Shown here in pieces: positions 26,940-51,974 of a stretch of DNA of 64,000 nt. The translations under genes were made by a program, and so were the position numbers. Origin of the DNA: Raillietiella orientalis (taxonomy: Eukaryota); NCBI GenBank assembly GCA_036172245.1, contig JAYWIR010000005.1, positions 1,054,001 through 1,118,000 of the forward strand, given 5' to 3'. Position 1 is the first letter of the stretch, and each line of letters opens with the position of its first letter. Below the pieces are notes generated by a model, which made no database searches, had not been told where the DNA came from, and saw only the letters and a program-made list of their open reading frames with translations.

Positions 26940-27554
26940 TTCCTTCTCCGGCAGCCTAGTGCTTCGTGCGAGTTTCCCAGGTACCCATTGCGTGTACACA
27001 GCGTGTGACATGTACCTACATTTCACCAAATACAAAATGACGTCAGTCGACGATCTCGTAAGGATCTCGGCCCGCCGAGGAGGTTTCTTGCAGCCACGTA
27101 CATTGGCGCCGAACGCGGAAGCCACCAGACCCGTCGCCGTCGGTGCATCCCTCGTTGCTTCCGAGCAACTGCTGCATGGTCTCCGCCGGTCCCCCCCGTG
27201 TCCACTGGCCGAGTTCTTTACTCCTTGCACACCAAACACCGCTCTACTTTCGAGCGTGAGGGAAGTGGCATCGTACGTGAGTATCCCGGAGCTGGGGATG
27301 AGTCCCGTGCGACGGAGCTGAGAGGCGCCGAGGGAGCAGGAACACGGGAGGTGAGTTATTTTCGTGTCCCACGACCCGCATGTGGTCTCCTCATCTCTTC
27401 GCTACGCACTCCTTCTGCCCCTTCCGACGACGACGCAGCATCCCGATCGTTGGGCCGGGCGGCTCGGAGATGGTGCGCGACGGCCCCTGAAACCCACCCA
27501 ACCCTCCCCCCCCCCCACAGCCCCTCTTTCTCGTTGCGGCCGTGAAACTAGGCG
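26940..27554 (+). promoter_or_regulatory. CpG-rich CaMKII promoter/5' UTR with a palindromic CRE (TGACGTCA 27038-27045) and a probable 5' UTR intron 27351-27520
   Basis: Abrupt switch to GC/CpG-rich sequence after the upstream gene's AATAAA. TGACGTCA overlaps the Inr-like TCAGTC (27043-27048). Donor GAG|GTGAGT at 27351 and C-rich acceptor ...CCACAG ending 27520. Confidence 0.55.
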
Positions 27555-40174
<12,620 letters not shown>

Positions 40175-41071
40175 ATTTTTTTCTTACGTTTTACCGTCTC
40201 CAAGATTCAGTATTCGTGTGTACCTTTTGATATCTCTCATCACTGGATTCTGTACATAGATATTTATATCCGTACGTGCATCTGTGAGACTGACGAAACA
40301 GTGTCATTTTTTAATTGATGTCCGTTTGGATTTCTGGTCACTTGATCTCTCTGTCCTTCGCTCTTTCGGCACATTTGATCAGCCATTTTTTTTTTTTTTT
40401 TGTGCGCCCAAGTAGCGTGTGCTCCATTTATCTGCTTCGTGGACAATGCGAAACATCTGACTGATTCGGCGAAGCCCTAGTCAGGAAGAAGAACCGGCAA
40501 CCATGATGGGAGGAGAACGCTTCCGGTTTTCCGGGAGCTGATCACACAGCCTACCAATGCTTCGGTATCCGTCTCCAGTTTCTCGGCAACTGTTGGAATC
40601 CTTGAACGCTGCGGGCATGCGGGATTTTCTTCGTCCTCCGCCGTTTCGTCCATGTTTTTTTTTTTTTTTTTTCCTGCCCTTCCGTGAAAGATGTGCGAGG
40701 ACCGAATGCTCCGGACGAGGGAGGAACCCGCCAGTCGTCTCTTCGACGGTGTCTTCTGGTTCGCTCGGTCGCTCGCCTCGCCCTTGGAGAAAAATTCCCG
40801 CCCCGACCTCGGAATTTTGAAAAGGGCCTCTCGAAACGAACGCCCGAAAAGCGGCGTGCCAACTTGTCCGCCAGCCCGCAGATTCTCCGCCGGCAAGACC
40901 CGGCCCGTCACGCCCTGAAAAGTCCGCACGTGAAGAACGTACGTGGTGACTTCCTCAGTGGTTTCCTCACCCGGCGGTGGCTTCGCGCTGCCCACTACCA
41001 ACGCTGCCGTTCTCAGCTGAGGATTCCAGAGAATCGTAGCCAATCATTTGAGACGCTGCTTTCCAGAAAAA

Positions 41072-41110
41072 AATAAAAAAATTAAAAATAAAAATGGATT
41101 TTGTAATAAA
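41072..41110 (+). terminator. Cluster of polyadenylation signals, probable CaMKII 3' end
   Basis: AATAAA at 41072, 41087 and 41105 plus ATTAAA at 41081 in a short AT-rich patch ~0.9 kb after the CaMKII stop, just before retroelement-derived sequence begins. Confidence 0.5.
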
Positions 41111-41389
41111 TTCATGCCATGGCCCGGTTACTCCGGATCTGTCGGCTTCCTCCCTCCGTGGATTCATTTTGACCACGTTCGCTGCCGCGCGTGCTGTTGG
41201 CGAGGGTCGCCCGGCGGGGCAGTTTCCCTCCCTCCGCGCGCTGGCACGCAGAATGTAATCCCCGTTCCAGCGAAGGGGACCAGCGCACAGAGCTTCACCA
41301 GGCGCCGTGGGCACACGGACCGCCTCGTCTCGGAGGAGCATGGGAAGAAGCACCCTCACCAGGCGGAGAGGTCGTTCCCCGAGCGGCCC

Positions 41390-42085
41390 CGAGCACGCTG
41401 GAACACTTACACCCACCCTCTCAACTGGTAGGAATCGCGGCGCTTCTGCTGTTGCACTGGGACCTCTCATGCAACGCCCGCCGCCATCATGGGACCCGGG
41501 GTGGCGGTGGGGCTGGACCCGAACTATGGCAGAATTCCTCCCTCACCTGCTATTGGATTGTGTTGCCTCTGGACCCTGTGGGAACGCATTGCCGTGATCC
41601 TAGGGGTCCCCCGACGGCAACCCCAGAGACGCTTTGAAACGCCTCTTCGTTCGCGACTCCCTACGCTCCAGCCGCTGCATCTCTAGCAGATCTTTGCTGC
41701 CTACGCGCCTTGGCTGTGGCTGCCTGGAGCGGCGAGAACGACGCCATCCACTCTGCTGTCCACTACTTGAGGGTAGCAGTGAGATGGACCCCGTTTGGGA
41801 AGCATGCAGTCTGAGTCTGCCAGCATCCTTGGAAGGACGCGGAGGGCGCGCCCCCAAGCAGGCAGCGATCCCTTCCCGAACCCCGCAGTGTTTCTTCTGT
41901 TTATTTTTATTGATTTTTCTTTTCGTTTCTCCCCTCCCCTCTGTTGCCGAGGCGATCTTCGCCAGTTCTGCGTACCGACAGCCCGGACAGGTTCTTCGAT
42001 CCGTGGACGTGGTAGAGGGATCGGCCTGCCACCGCCTTTGTGTGTTTACCGAATGCAGGAAACGCCTCAGCGCCACCGGGTGCGC
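41390..42085 (+). mobile_element. Decayed 3' fragment of an L1/Tx1-group non-LTR retrotransposon (zf-RVT region plus 3' UTR)
   Basis: Frameshifted peptides WNTYTHPLNW*ES, ALLLLHWDLSCNARRHH, LPHLLLDCVA and WTLWERIA align with the 63131-63904 ORF. The 3' UTR starts GATCCCTTCCC (41867) followed by a T-rich tract as in the other copies. May extend left to ~41170. Confidence 0.8.
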
Positions 42086-45000
42086 GCGAAGGCAGAGTGG
42101 TCTTCGGACACTTCCCCTTACGGACCCCACTCCCTGCGCGGCGGCCCAGCTTCTCCCCCCTTATCCCACCAGCGGCTACCAGCCAAAGGCGGCGCCGCCC
42201 GACCGAAGAGCCGGGACTCTGCTTTCTCAAGCAGCTCGCGTGGGCGTCGGCGGACGCGGCGCGACTCCAAGACGGAACGCCCTCGTTACGTGAAAACTTC
42301 TTATTGGTTTACGACCTCCCTTGGCACCTAAAGGCGCGCTCCGGCGAGCAGGGCGCGCAGGCTCTTTTGGTTGATGGCTGCGATATTGAATTACATGGTA
42401 CTCGAGGGAGCGCCCGGGGCTGTGTGCATGCCGGCGCGCGCGATAGATGTGTGCGTGGCGCGGCAGCAGTGGCATCTCGCGAGGCGCACGCCCATCGTTT
42501 CATTCCCCGAGGCCCGTCCCCTCCCTGCAGCGAGCCACGGCGAAGATTCAGCGCGGGGGAGGGAAGGGAGGAGGAGGAGAGGGAAAGGGAAGATTTCTCT
42601 CCTCCCCAGCGCCACCGATCCCGGCGAACGTCTCCAAGACTCTCCGTCCCTGTTCGCGCCTCGATGGTGCCGTCTCCGAAACGCCTTGCCATCTTGGAAG
42701 ATCTGAGCGACTCCAGATTCCATCCGCCGCGAAAACCATCAACGGAAAAAACCGCACGCGCTCCCCTCCTTTCCCCGTCCCTCATCCCCTCCCGAGGATT
42801 TTTCCGCGGCCGCAGGCGCCATCGAAAAGGCCCGACGCGTCGTAACTTTGGACGATGGCGGCTCCTCTCTCCACGTCTTTCGTAGACGAAGCTAAAAATA
42901 AGACCTTCCAGCCTCTGGAGCATCCAGAATTTCCCCCTTCCTCGACGTGGTCCTCTCTCTCTCTCTCTCTCTCTCTCTCCTTCGCGCGCGCTCTCTCCTT
43001 CCTGCCTTCCCTCCTTAAGGAGGATACGTCCAAGATCGATCCGTCCAACCGCGCAACCCGACTCTGCACACGAAGACACGCACGAGGTACCCGATAGCGC
43101 CCGAAGCGTCGTCGTTGACGGGCGTCGCGAGGCGCAGTCGTGCGAGCTCGACCGGTTCTCCCTGCGCTCGCTCCTGTTCGGAGGAAGCGAGGGAAAGGGG
43201 AGGAGGCGCAATAAACAAAGCGGGAGTCGTAGGTGTGCGGTGCTCGCGTTGCGGAAACTTCCGACTGCGAAGATGAATGAAGGCATGCACGAGCGTCTTC
43301 CTCAGCAGCCTTCTTGCCTCCCTCCCATCCTAGTGTCTGCGGGAATCCCCTATCCCGAGCCTGCGCTCCAGCTCCAGCAGCTGCCCGGGACCGCGAGAAA
43401 GGGCCTCTCGGGGCCGCCGTTGCGCGAGAGGCGCACCCTCGTCTTGCCCCCATGCGCGACAGACTCCGGACCGTCAGGGCTGTCTCGGTCTTCCGAGAAA
43501 AGGCGAGGAAGGTGGACTCGCTGTCCGGCTGCCTTGAGGCCACACGCAGAGGCACGCTGCGGCGGCTGGGGGACGATAGTCTTCGCGGGACGGCTGCCCC
43601 CTTCGCTGTCTCCCGCGCGCCACCGCCGCTGCCCACTGGCGCAATGCGGCGCAGCTCTCACCGCTTCCGGGAGAAGGCAAAAGAAGACCTCCCGCCTCTC
43701 CCGGAAGGGGAGGAAGGCGGAAGCCGGCCGGCCTCGAACCTGCGGAGGAGCCGGTTCGTGCACTTCTTCCGGGCACGGTTCCCACTTCCGGCAGATCCTC
43801 CCTTCCCCTCGCTGCAGCCCCGCCCAGATCTCCCTCTCCTTCCTTTGTCTCTTTGACCCCCCTCCCCCTTTCCCCCCGGCTGGCGTTCCATTTCGTGGCA
43901 GCATGTCACCACCATCGCACGCCGCCGCCTTCCCAGTCATCTCGTCCACCTTTTCTCTCTCCGATTGGACTCCCTTTTTCGCCATCTTGTGTGATGTGTG
44001 TGTGTGCGCGCGCGCGCTTACAGCGGCGCAGGACTGCGTATGGGTTTCTTCCTCTCCTCTTCCGCTTCCATACCCGGGTAACCGTCCGTGGCGCGACGAC
44101 TTCCTTCTTCGATCTCGGCGAGGTGGACATCCGCCGTCTGTGCTCCCGAGATGTGAAAGGATGAGCATCTCCGTGCGCTTCTCTTTTCCGGCGGCCCTCC
44201 GTCCCCCTCCGCATCGGCCCATTTTTTTTTTTCTTTCCCGGACGAAGCCGCTATCTGCGACGACTCACCACTTCCGGCATTTCATTGCTTTATCGAGGAT
44301 CCATGCGATACTCAATTGCTGAACCGCCTTCGGCCCCAAAGGACCTTCTGATGACAGTGGCGAAACACCACATGGATCGTTCTAAAGATCCAAGGGGATT
44401 TCATTGCTCTTCCACCTTCACGTTCCAGTATTTCCACCGCCGGCGCCGTTCCCAAGAGATGCAGATGGAGCTGCTGGAAGTGATGAGTCGCCTCAGGTCG
44501 CAGCTTCGCGTTCCCGCCTTCTTCCCCCCTTTCCCGTCCGAACTGCCAATCTGCGAACGGTCGCGTTGATGACGACGCGGACGCTCGCGTTTCCCGCTTC
44601 CGGCTCCCGGAGCAGGTGCGAGGAAGGGGGGGGGGGAGGAAGCACGTCCTCAGCAGCGTCCTCGGAGCCAGCGTTCGGCCCCTTGAGTAGCACCCCGGTT
44701 GCCCGGCAGACTGGGGGCGAGGGATGGCTGCTGTATTTCCGTTCCTATTCATCTGGCGGCGCCTCTTAGGACGGCGGCGGTGGACGCGCGCGGAGCGGCT
44801 GCCCGGGTGCCACCGACGGACCCGTGGACCGTGGAGAAGACCACCGAAACCCATATCCCCGCGAAGTTGCGCTTCCATCCTTTCGAGAGATATCGATTCC
44901 CGCGTCCTGTCCTCGAAGCGGCAATCTCCCCCTTCTCGCCGCTGCTCCCTGCGGGGATCCTCCCGTCTCCAGGAGGCGGCTCGTCACGCTCCAGCTCGAG

Positions 45001-45586
45001 CTGCTTTCCCCCTCCACTTCTTTCTCCCCCCTCCCCCCACCGACGTGCCTTCTCACGGTCCCTCGCCCATCTGGCGGGAGGCAGAGAGCGTTCCCCGGGA
45101 TTTTCCGCGCTCCGGGAGCATCGCCGCACCGCGACAACCCGGGTGGACCCTGGGATTTTGCCAGCCCCCTCTATGCCAGGACTCTCTCGGATCAAGGAGA
45201 TTCCTCCCTTCCCTCCCTCCTTCCCTTCCTTCCGTCTCTCGTTTTCTTTTCCTTCTCCTGGACAATCGTGAGCGAAGCACCCGTGGCGACGGCGACCAGA
45301 CGGCGCTCCCCGGTCCGATGTTCGGGCGCCTCTCCGGTTCCGCCCGTCTCCTGCCGGATCCCACTGGGCGCACGCCGAACGGCCGCCCGACTCTCCCCAC
45401 TTGTGCCTTCCCGTGTCCTTGCAGGACGCGGACTGCCCGCCTTCCATTGCTGGGCATGTTCCTGCTTTGCGACCAACTCTTTTCCTCCGGCTCTTCCTTC
45501 TATCCCAGCTCGCCCGGTCTCTTGCAAAGCCGCCATCGATCACTCCCTCCCTCGTCGTTCGATCTGCGGATCCACGCTGGCTGCAT

Positions 45587-45735
45587 GCTACGTGCTTCCT
45601 GCTTTTCTTGTGTGTGCTCGTATGTGTGTGTGTGTGTGTGTGTGTGCGCGTCTGTGAACACACGTCACACATACGAGGACGCGCGCACACGTGAGCACTC
45701 GAGAGCACACACGAGAAAATCAGGAAGTGCGTAGC
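45587..45735 (+). repeat. Inverted repeat/long hairpin with 33-bp arms around a (TG)n-(CA) rich loop
   Basis: Arms 45587-45619 and 45703-45735 are 29/33 complementary; a second inner pairing 45617-45628 with 45666-45677 is also possible. Confidence 0.75.
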
Positions 45736-47871
45736 GCCCGTGTGTGCGTCTTGTTGTTGTGTGTACACGTTCGTGTGCTCCTGTGCGTGTGCGTCTTGGT
45801 GTGTGCGTGTTCTGTGTGCAGGCCTGAGATTTCCGACCGGCGAAGAAAAAGGCGGATAGCCCGGAACGGAGGCGCCACCGGTTGGCAGTGATTACTGCGC
45901 TCGGATCCCTCGACTTTCCTCCGTCGCCTGCGACGAACCCCGAAGAGCGTGAAGAGGCTGATTTTGTGCGAAATCACGGCACCTTCGCGCCGTGTCTGCC
46001 GGCGCTTCCCGAAGAACCAGCTGCGGCGCGTGGGGACTCCGGGACGAGAATCAACAGCGGATTGCGTGCGCAGAGCCGTTAGCAGCCATCCATAAGTAGT
46101 CTGCAGACGCACCTCATCTCCAAATAATAATGAAAAATTACATGCTTTACTGATGCCCCCCCCCCTCTCCTCCACCACCACTCCCTCTCTCTCTCCCCCT
46201 ATAACAGGGAGTGCATTTGATAGAAGTGCGGCGTAGGAATGAGTTGAATGGACGCAGCAGAATTCGTCGTCTTCTGAGTGAAGTTCGGCTCATTGCACGT
46301 TAACCTTGGGATTGATTTTTGTTTCTTTGTCTCTCTTTTTTTCTTCTTCTTCTTCCTCCTTTGAATAGAAAAGGGACGGGAGGAGGAGGGGGGAGGAAAG
46401 AAGAAGAAGAAACGAGCGAGACGAGTAAACAGCTCCATCTTCGGATAGTTGCGTTGCAATCCACTTACAGTGGCTGCATGCGCTCTAACCGAAAGCAGCG
46501 AAGGCGGCCAGGGGCGACTTTCGCCTCCGCACAGAGTACCTTCTGAGGAGGCGCCTCTTAATCAGAAGAGATGCTTCGGCGGAAAGAAATGCCATACACT
46601 GTGCACCTGTTAATTAATGTGTTTGGCAGTTCACGTTCACGGCGCTTGCAGATTGAGCCACCGAGAAGGGGGGGGGGGAGAGAGAACGAGGGGAAAAAAC
46701 ATCACGGAATCGGCCAGCTTAGAATCGGCGTTCTATTTATTTCCGTCTTACTCTGGGAGTAGAAGCCGTGGAAATGGCTGCACAGATTCTCCTTCCGTCT
46801 CGTTTGCTTTTCGCTTTCAGGTCACATGTCGTCGCAGTGGTCCCTTGCGGTTCCTCGGAAGAATTTTCTTCTCCTGAGGCCCCAGTCCGGGAAGACCGGC
46901 ACCAGAGACGCCACGTCGGGTTCCGGAATGCGCTTTCGTTCCACTAACCAAAAGGAGCAATTCGATGCATCTGTGCACGCTGCAATCCATCCTTGGGATT
47001 TTATTGTGTCCTTCACATTCTGGAGGATCGCTCCTTTTTCTGTGCAGAGAGACCAGGTCGGGCAGTCCGTGCTTCCCTGAGCAACCACCGCGGAGGCTGC
47101 GCATCTGTCTCCGCAGCTCACTCCTGCTTTCGTCACAGGCGGGCCCGGAGGATACAAGACGAGACTACCAATCTCTTATGCTCCCCTCGCCGGAAGGGCT
47201 TTTGCCATTCTCATGCACTGAATTGATATTCTCCGTGACGAAATTTCCCGCGGCATCGAAGGACGCGAGGTCGAAAGGTGAAGCTGAGAACCCCTTTCGC
47301 GATCGCAGGAGAAAAAAAAATTCTTCCTGAACCATCAGGTGGTTCGAAACACTCGTTAACGAGAAGACATGCGCTGCCGACGGCGAGGAGGACGCCGAAA
47401 GAACCGTTCCGTGCAAGCTCCCGACCTCCCTCTGGCGAAAAAGAAGCCAAGGTCTCTTTGCCCATTGGGCAAGCGGCACCAAGAGACTGCCTCGTTTTCA
47501 TCAAGAGGATTCAGCAGGATAAAAGCAGGCCTCTCGTTCCCGATTCGCTTCATCTCAAGGCAACAAAGGAATTGATCGGTCCACTTGGGATGGTAACTCT
47601 GCGCTTCAGCCCAGCATAAGTGGGAGAGGGGCCGAAATTGGAATCGGCGGAGGAATCGGGAGAAACGCGGTCGAAATCTCTAGATCCTGGACCAATCGCA
47701 TGGGTGTTCTGACGGCAGAGGGAAATCTCAACCCACCCCTCAGCTGACAGAAGGAAAAGGAACAACGCCCACGCTGGCGCGGGCGCGGAGGCGCAGAAGG
47801 GAGGTCCCGCAGCCGAGAGCAGGAGGAAAGACGCTCCGCTGCCGCTGCCGCCGTCCCCACTGTGCCCGGAA

Positions 47872-48431
47872 AGCATGGCGGCCAACGATGCGACCTAAAA
47901 ATACAGGGCGGACACCTCGAGTTTCCGGCGAGATGCGCTGAGCAGACTGCAAGCAGCAGCTCACCCCCCTTTCCTTCCCCACTCCCCCCACGCCAACTCA
48001 TCGACGTCCTCCGGGATGCCAGGATGATCTTCCTGGCGACGGCTTCCCCTCTGTTTCTTCTTCTGCTTCCCCAGAAAATCCCTCGTCAACCCCACGAGCA
48101 TTTCGGGAACGGGATGGCGCCTCAGCACCATTTGGAGTGAGCCATTCCGAGCCGATTGGCAGAACCCCGCAACTGCGTCCTGGTCCGTGCTCCAGCAGCT
48201 GACGCCGTCCTTCCTGTCGGTCGCGCCGCAACAGCCTCCTTCGGAGGAGTGGGTGGTCACAGAGAGAGTCCGCTCCAGCTACGGAGTTGGCGGATCCGGT
48301 CTCCGTTTCCTTTGGTCGTCCGTCGGCGGCGGGTGGCTCTTCTTTGAAACCGCGGGGAGGGTTTGTTCGCCGAAGCCACCAGAGCGGGCCTCCGCCCTGT
48401 GTTTTTAGGTCGCACTGTTGGCCGCCATGCT
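47872..48431. repeat. Inverted repeat with 41-bp arms (47872-47912 and 48391-48431), 38/41 identical
   Basis: AGCATGGCGGCCAACGATGCGACCTAAAAATACAGGGCGGA vs the reverse complement AGCATGGCGGCCAACAGTGCGACCTAAAAACACAGGGCGGA. Confidence 0.85.
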
Positions 48432-51237
48432 GATCGTCCACGTGACTTTGAGCCGCGAAGGAAGCACTCGCCCTTGCGCACTCGGGCGCGGCCCTGCTCC
48501 CTTTCCCTTGAAGCTGCCAATGCTTTCTCTTCCGGAGGGAAAATGCGGCAACCCCGGGATGTCGCCTTCTCTGACTCCTAACCACTTGGAGGAAGTTCAG
48601 GAAGTAACAGCATCGGCGAACAGCATTGCCTCGAGAACACCTTCGCAGGCGCCTCCCGGAGTCCTTCCAGTCAGCGTCCACCACCGCGAGCGCTCCGGTT
48701 CGTTCCCTTCCCGCTGATCACGTGATCCGCCCGCCTCCCAGGCGTGCTCTTTCCGCGGGCTGCTCTCTCCTCCTCCCGCCGTTCCAACCTGCTCTCCCCA
48801 AAATTGTCCGGAGGAGATTCGAGGGGAGGAGAGACAGGGGTGCACCCGACGGAAAGGAGTAGGATCAGGGGCGTTGCCCCGGGATACACGGGCCCGTGGA
48901 AAGGGGCTGGGGAAGCACATGCGTGACGAGCTCCTCCTGATCTGCAGATCCTTGGCCAGGGGGCCCGTCTACCTCTCCCGGGAATCCGCGCATGCAGGAG
49001 GAGGGAGCTGACGCGCCCTTTCCGTGGTCGAGCCCTCTCGCCCAGCAGGCGCCCTTCGAACCGGAGCGCTTCCCCGTCGCTCCGCCGCGGGCGCTCTGCT
49101 CGCTGGCCGAGGGGCAGCAGGACTGCGGCGGAGTCCTCTTCACCGAGATCCCGGGAGGGAAGGGGGGGTTCACAGGTTCGCACAGAACTCCGGAGGCGAT
49201 CGTCCCCCAACGTCCACGTTTTCCACAGCCTTGCGCTCACAGGAGGTCAGGGTTGTCCCCTCGCCTACTCGCTGCTCCCACCCGGGAACCCGCCCTGCGG
49301 CCGCCGTGTCTCTTCCCAGAGCGTGAGGAATGTCGCTGCAGAAGACTCCCTCCCCCCCAACGGCAGCAGTCCGCCCCTTTCGAACCCAGGAGACAAGGGA
49401 TGAGAGAAGAAAGAAATGAAGGAGTGAAAGGGGAGAGTCACAGGTTTCAGTCTCCACCTCTTGTGCGTGCTTCGAGCTATGTACACGGCGTCCTGTTGCC
49501 TTGCCTGCTGGAGGGCAAGGTCATCTCTCTGGACCGCTCGTCACCGAGCAGACAAAACGCGCGAGGCCTTTGCCGAAGTGACCCCCGTGCGTGGGGGTAG
49601 GCTGCGATCCTGCCGACGCCATGCAGACAGGACGGGGTCGCTGGGATCGTCGTCAAGCGGAAGTCGCGCGTGAGGTGGAGCTGCGCAGGGTCAGCCTTCA
49701 GGAGCCGTCCCGGGGTCGAAGGAGGACGACGCAGTCACGCGACGGGTGAGAGGGGGCGTCTTGCCGAGAAGTCGCTGCCCCTAGCGTTTTTAAGGGAGGG
49801 CAAAACTGGGACATGGGGGTGAACGAGGCACACAACAGTTTGCGTGGCTTACATACGATCTCCCGCAGGGGCTGTCGAGAGTACCTCCCTTCCTGGAGGC
49901 ACTCTCGACTGTTGGACTCACTCGATCCGTGGATCCTTCTCCATGCGGAAAGTGACTCCTGAAGCCAGGCAATGCAGTTCGCTGGGAGGCAGGAGATCCA
50001 GGTGTTCTCCTGCACCAAGAAAACCATCCGATGCAGCTGATGGTCACATTGCCTCAGGTTGGTGTCGTTAGCCACGGTCAATCCTACGCAGCCGGTCGCT
50101 CTTCTGGTGAGGAACCGTGCAGACGCGCACCAAGGCGTGTTCCCTAGCCTCGCTGCGAGGGCGAGTCTTCTGATCTGAAGCTCACACTCCATCCTTTCCA
50201 GCGTAGGGAGGCCCAGTCCATCATCCTTACGCGGAGCAGAGTCTTTTAATCGGAATCGGGACCTCCCTGTGCCCCATGGGTCTTTCCTCAGTAGGTCCTC
50301 GGTTCGCTTCCTGATGCTAGAGCAAACAAAAAGCACAGGGTGAAGGACAGAGGGGCCATAAACGCGTTCCACACCGCGGCCCGTTCCTGCAAGTGGAATT
50401 TGTCATTCCGGAACGGGCCGAGCGCCTTCTCCACGTTTTGGAGACGGCCGGACCAGGGTATTTTTGCATCGCAGAAGTTCCCCTACGGAAGCCAAGGTAC
50501 TTGAAGTACCTGCCCGTAGGGATCCTCAAGCGGATCCAGTCCGGCTGTCCGGACCATGCCGCACCAACTGGCACCAGAGACGACTTCGTCCTGTTCACCT
50601 CCAGACTCGTCCCATGGCTGAGCAGCTCGAAGAAGTTTTCGAGTGCAGGAGCCGGGATGGATATGGACAGCAGCAGCAGAAGATCATTTGCGTAAGCCGA
50701 GACACCAGGCGTGCCCGGACACGAGCTCGGCAGGGTTGCCAGAGTCTTCCTGTATGCTCTCAGCACCAACTCGGAGTAGATGCTGAAGAACAGGGGACTG
50801 ATGCTGTCTCCCTGCCTTGTGCCTCTGCGTGAGGCGACGCTGCACATGTGCCGGCGGCTAAAAAAAATGTTAATTAGTGCGAAGAACCAGCAGGAGCGCA
50901 GATAGTCTAGGAACGCCGTCGGTGAACCCATGAGTTCCAGGAGCTCCAGAAAGAGTGCCTGGTCGATACAGTCGAACGCTTTACACAAATCGACCGCGAC
51001 TGCAAGGGTTCCGGACGCGTCCGTTCTTACTCGGCCCTCACCTCCCTAGTCAGTAGATAATCCAGGATTTTCTTGACCTGTCTCTGCATCGCGTTGTACC
51101 AACTGCCACCATGTGCTGGCGAGGAACAGTTTGGCCTCCATGATTCGTCCAGGAACAGCATAGGTATGCTCCGGACTGACCATGGATTCGGCCACCCGTC
51201 CCAGTCGCTCGGCCCACAGTTTGCCAAGCAGCTTCGC

Positions 51238-51582
51238 CTGGGAATTATACGAACGGACCTCGAGGGAATCCTGAAAAGGATGGACCCTCCTCGAAGTGGA
51301 CAGTGATCCCTTCCCCACCCTCCCAAATCTTTTTGTTTTTCTGTTTTATTTTTCTTTTTGTTCTCCCCCCATCCCCTTCCGCAGCCGAGGAGAGTCGCGC
51401 CGGTCTGCATACCGGCGACCCGGCAGGTCCTGTTGTTTATCACCCGGATGCGCAGGGGCGTTTATTAAAAACTATCCGGGAACAGAGTTCCTGACAGGTC
51501 CTGTTGTGTTGGCCGTAGTGGGGCCTAGTACCACAAATTATAGCGAATTTATAATAAACGCCCCGGCGTGACCTGGTGGCAA
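51238..51582 (+). mobile_element. 5'-truncated 345-bp copy of the same LINE family inserted antisense into the RT, with 13-bp TSD
   Basis: Flanked by CAAGCAGCTTCGC at 51225-51237 and 51583-51595. Contains the ORF2 end (LGIIRTDLEGILKRMDPPRSGQ*), GATCCCTTCCC, the T-rich tract and AATAAACGCCCC. Removing it restores NADAKLLGKLWAERL in the host RT. Confidence 0.92.
51437..51494 (-). mobile_element. 58-bp extreme 3'-terminal copy of the same family nested in the 345-bp copy, with 13-bp TSD
   Basis: Flanked by CAGGTCCTGTTGT at 51424-51436 and 51495-51507. Its reverse complement ends AATAAACGCCCCTGCGCATCCGGGTGATAA, matching the family terminus at 52777-52806. Confidence 0.88.
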
Positions 51583-51974
51583 CAAGCAGCTTCGCGTCCG
51601 CATTTACTACTGTGATGGGGCGCCAGTTGCCTATGTTGTGAAGGTCTCCTCCCCTCGGGAGGAGACGTACTTTAGCTGATCGGAACGAGGTGGGAACGTC
51701 CCCTCGTTCGCGGATCAGCATGCATAATTGGTGTACCAGGAGCACGAGTTCGGCCGCGAAGCATTCGTAAAACTCCTCTGGTAGACCGTCTTCCTCTGGT
51801 GTCTTGTGTTTTTTCAGCTTTCCGATGGCAGAGATGATCTCCTTCATCGAGAAAGGTTGCTGGATCATTAAACGGTCCTCCTCCTTTAACGCGGGAGCGC
51901 CCTCAGGCAGCAAACGCTGCGCAAAGTCGCTCTTAGGTGTTACTTCTTTTACTTTCTTAATGGTGTTACTTTAA

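Larger units (their letters stand above)
49615..51930 (-). mobile_element. Degenerate L1/Tx1-group non-LTR retrotransposon ORF2 (reverse transcriptase domain), interrupted by a nested insertion
   Basis: Minus-strand peptides in the expected order: KTPEEDGLPEEFY, NWRPITVVNADAKLL/GKLWAERL, DLCKAFD, GTRQGDSISPLFF, YAND (catalytic YADD mutated, 50683-50694), VNRTKS, FKYLG, DGLGLP, then ENTWISCLPANCIAWLQE homologous to the 63 kb copy. Stops and frameshifts are present, so it is inactive. Confidence 0.92.

Noticed and set aside
44348..44365. Hammerhead-like CTGATGA-CAGTGGC-GAAA
   Set aside because: The stem II closing pair would be C-C and flanking stems I/III are absent.
42040..45768. ORFs of 280-360 aa on both strands
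   Set aside because: GC-driven, cross microsatellites, mutually overlapping, no domain signal.
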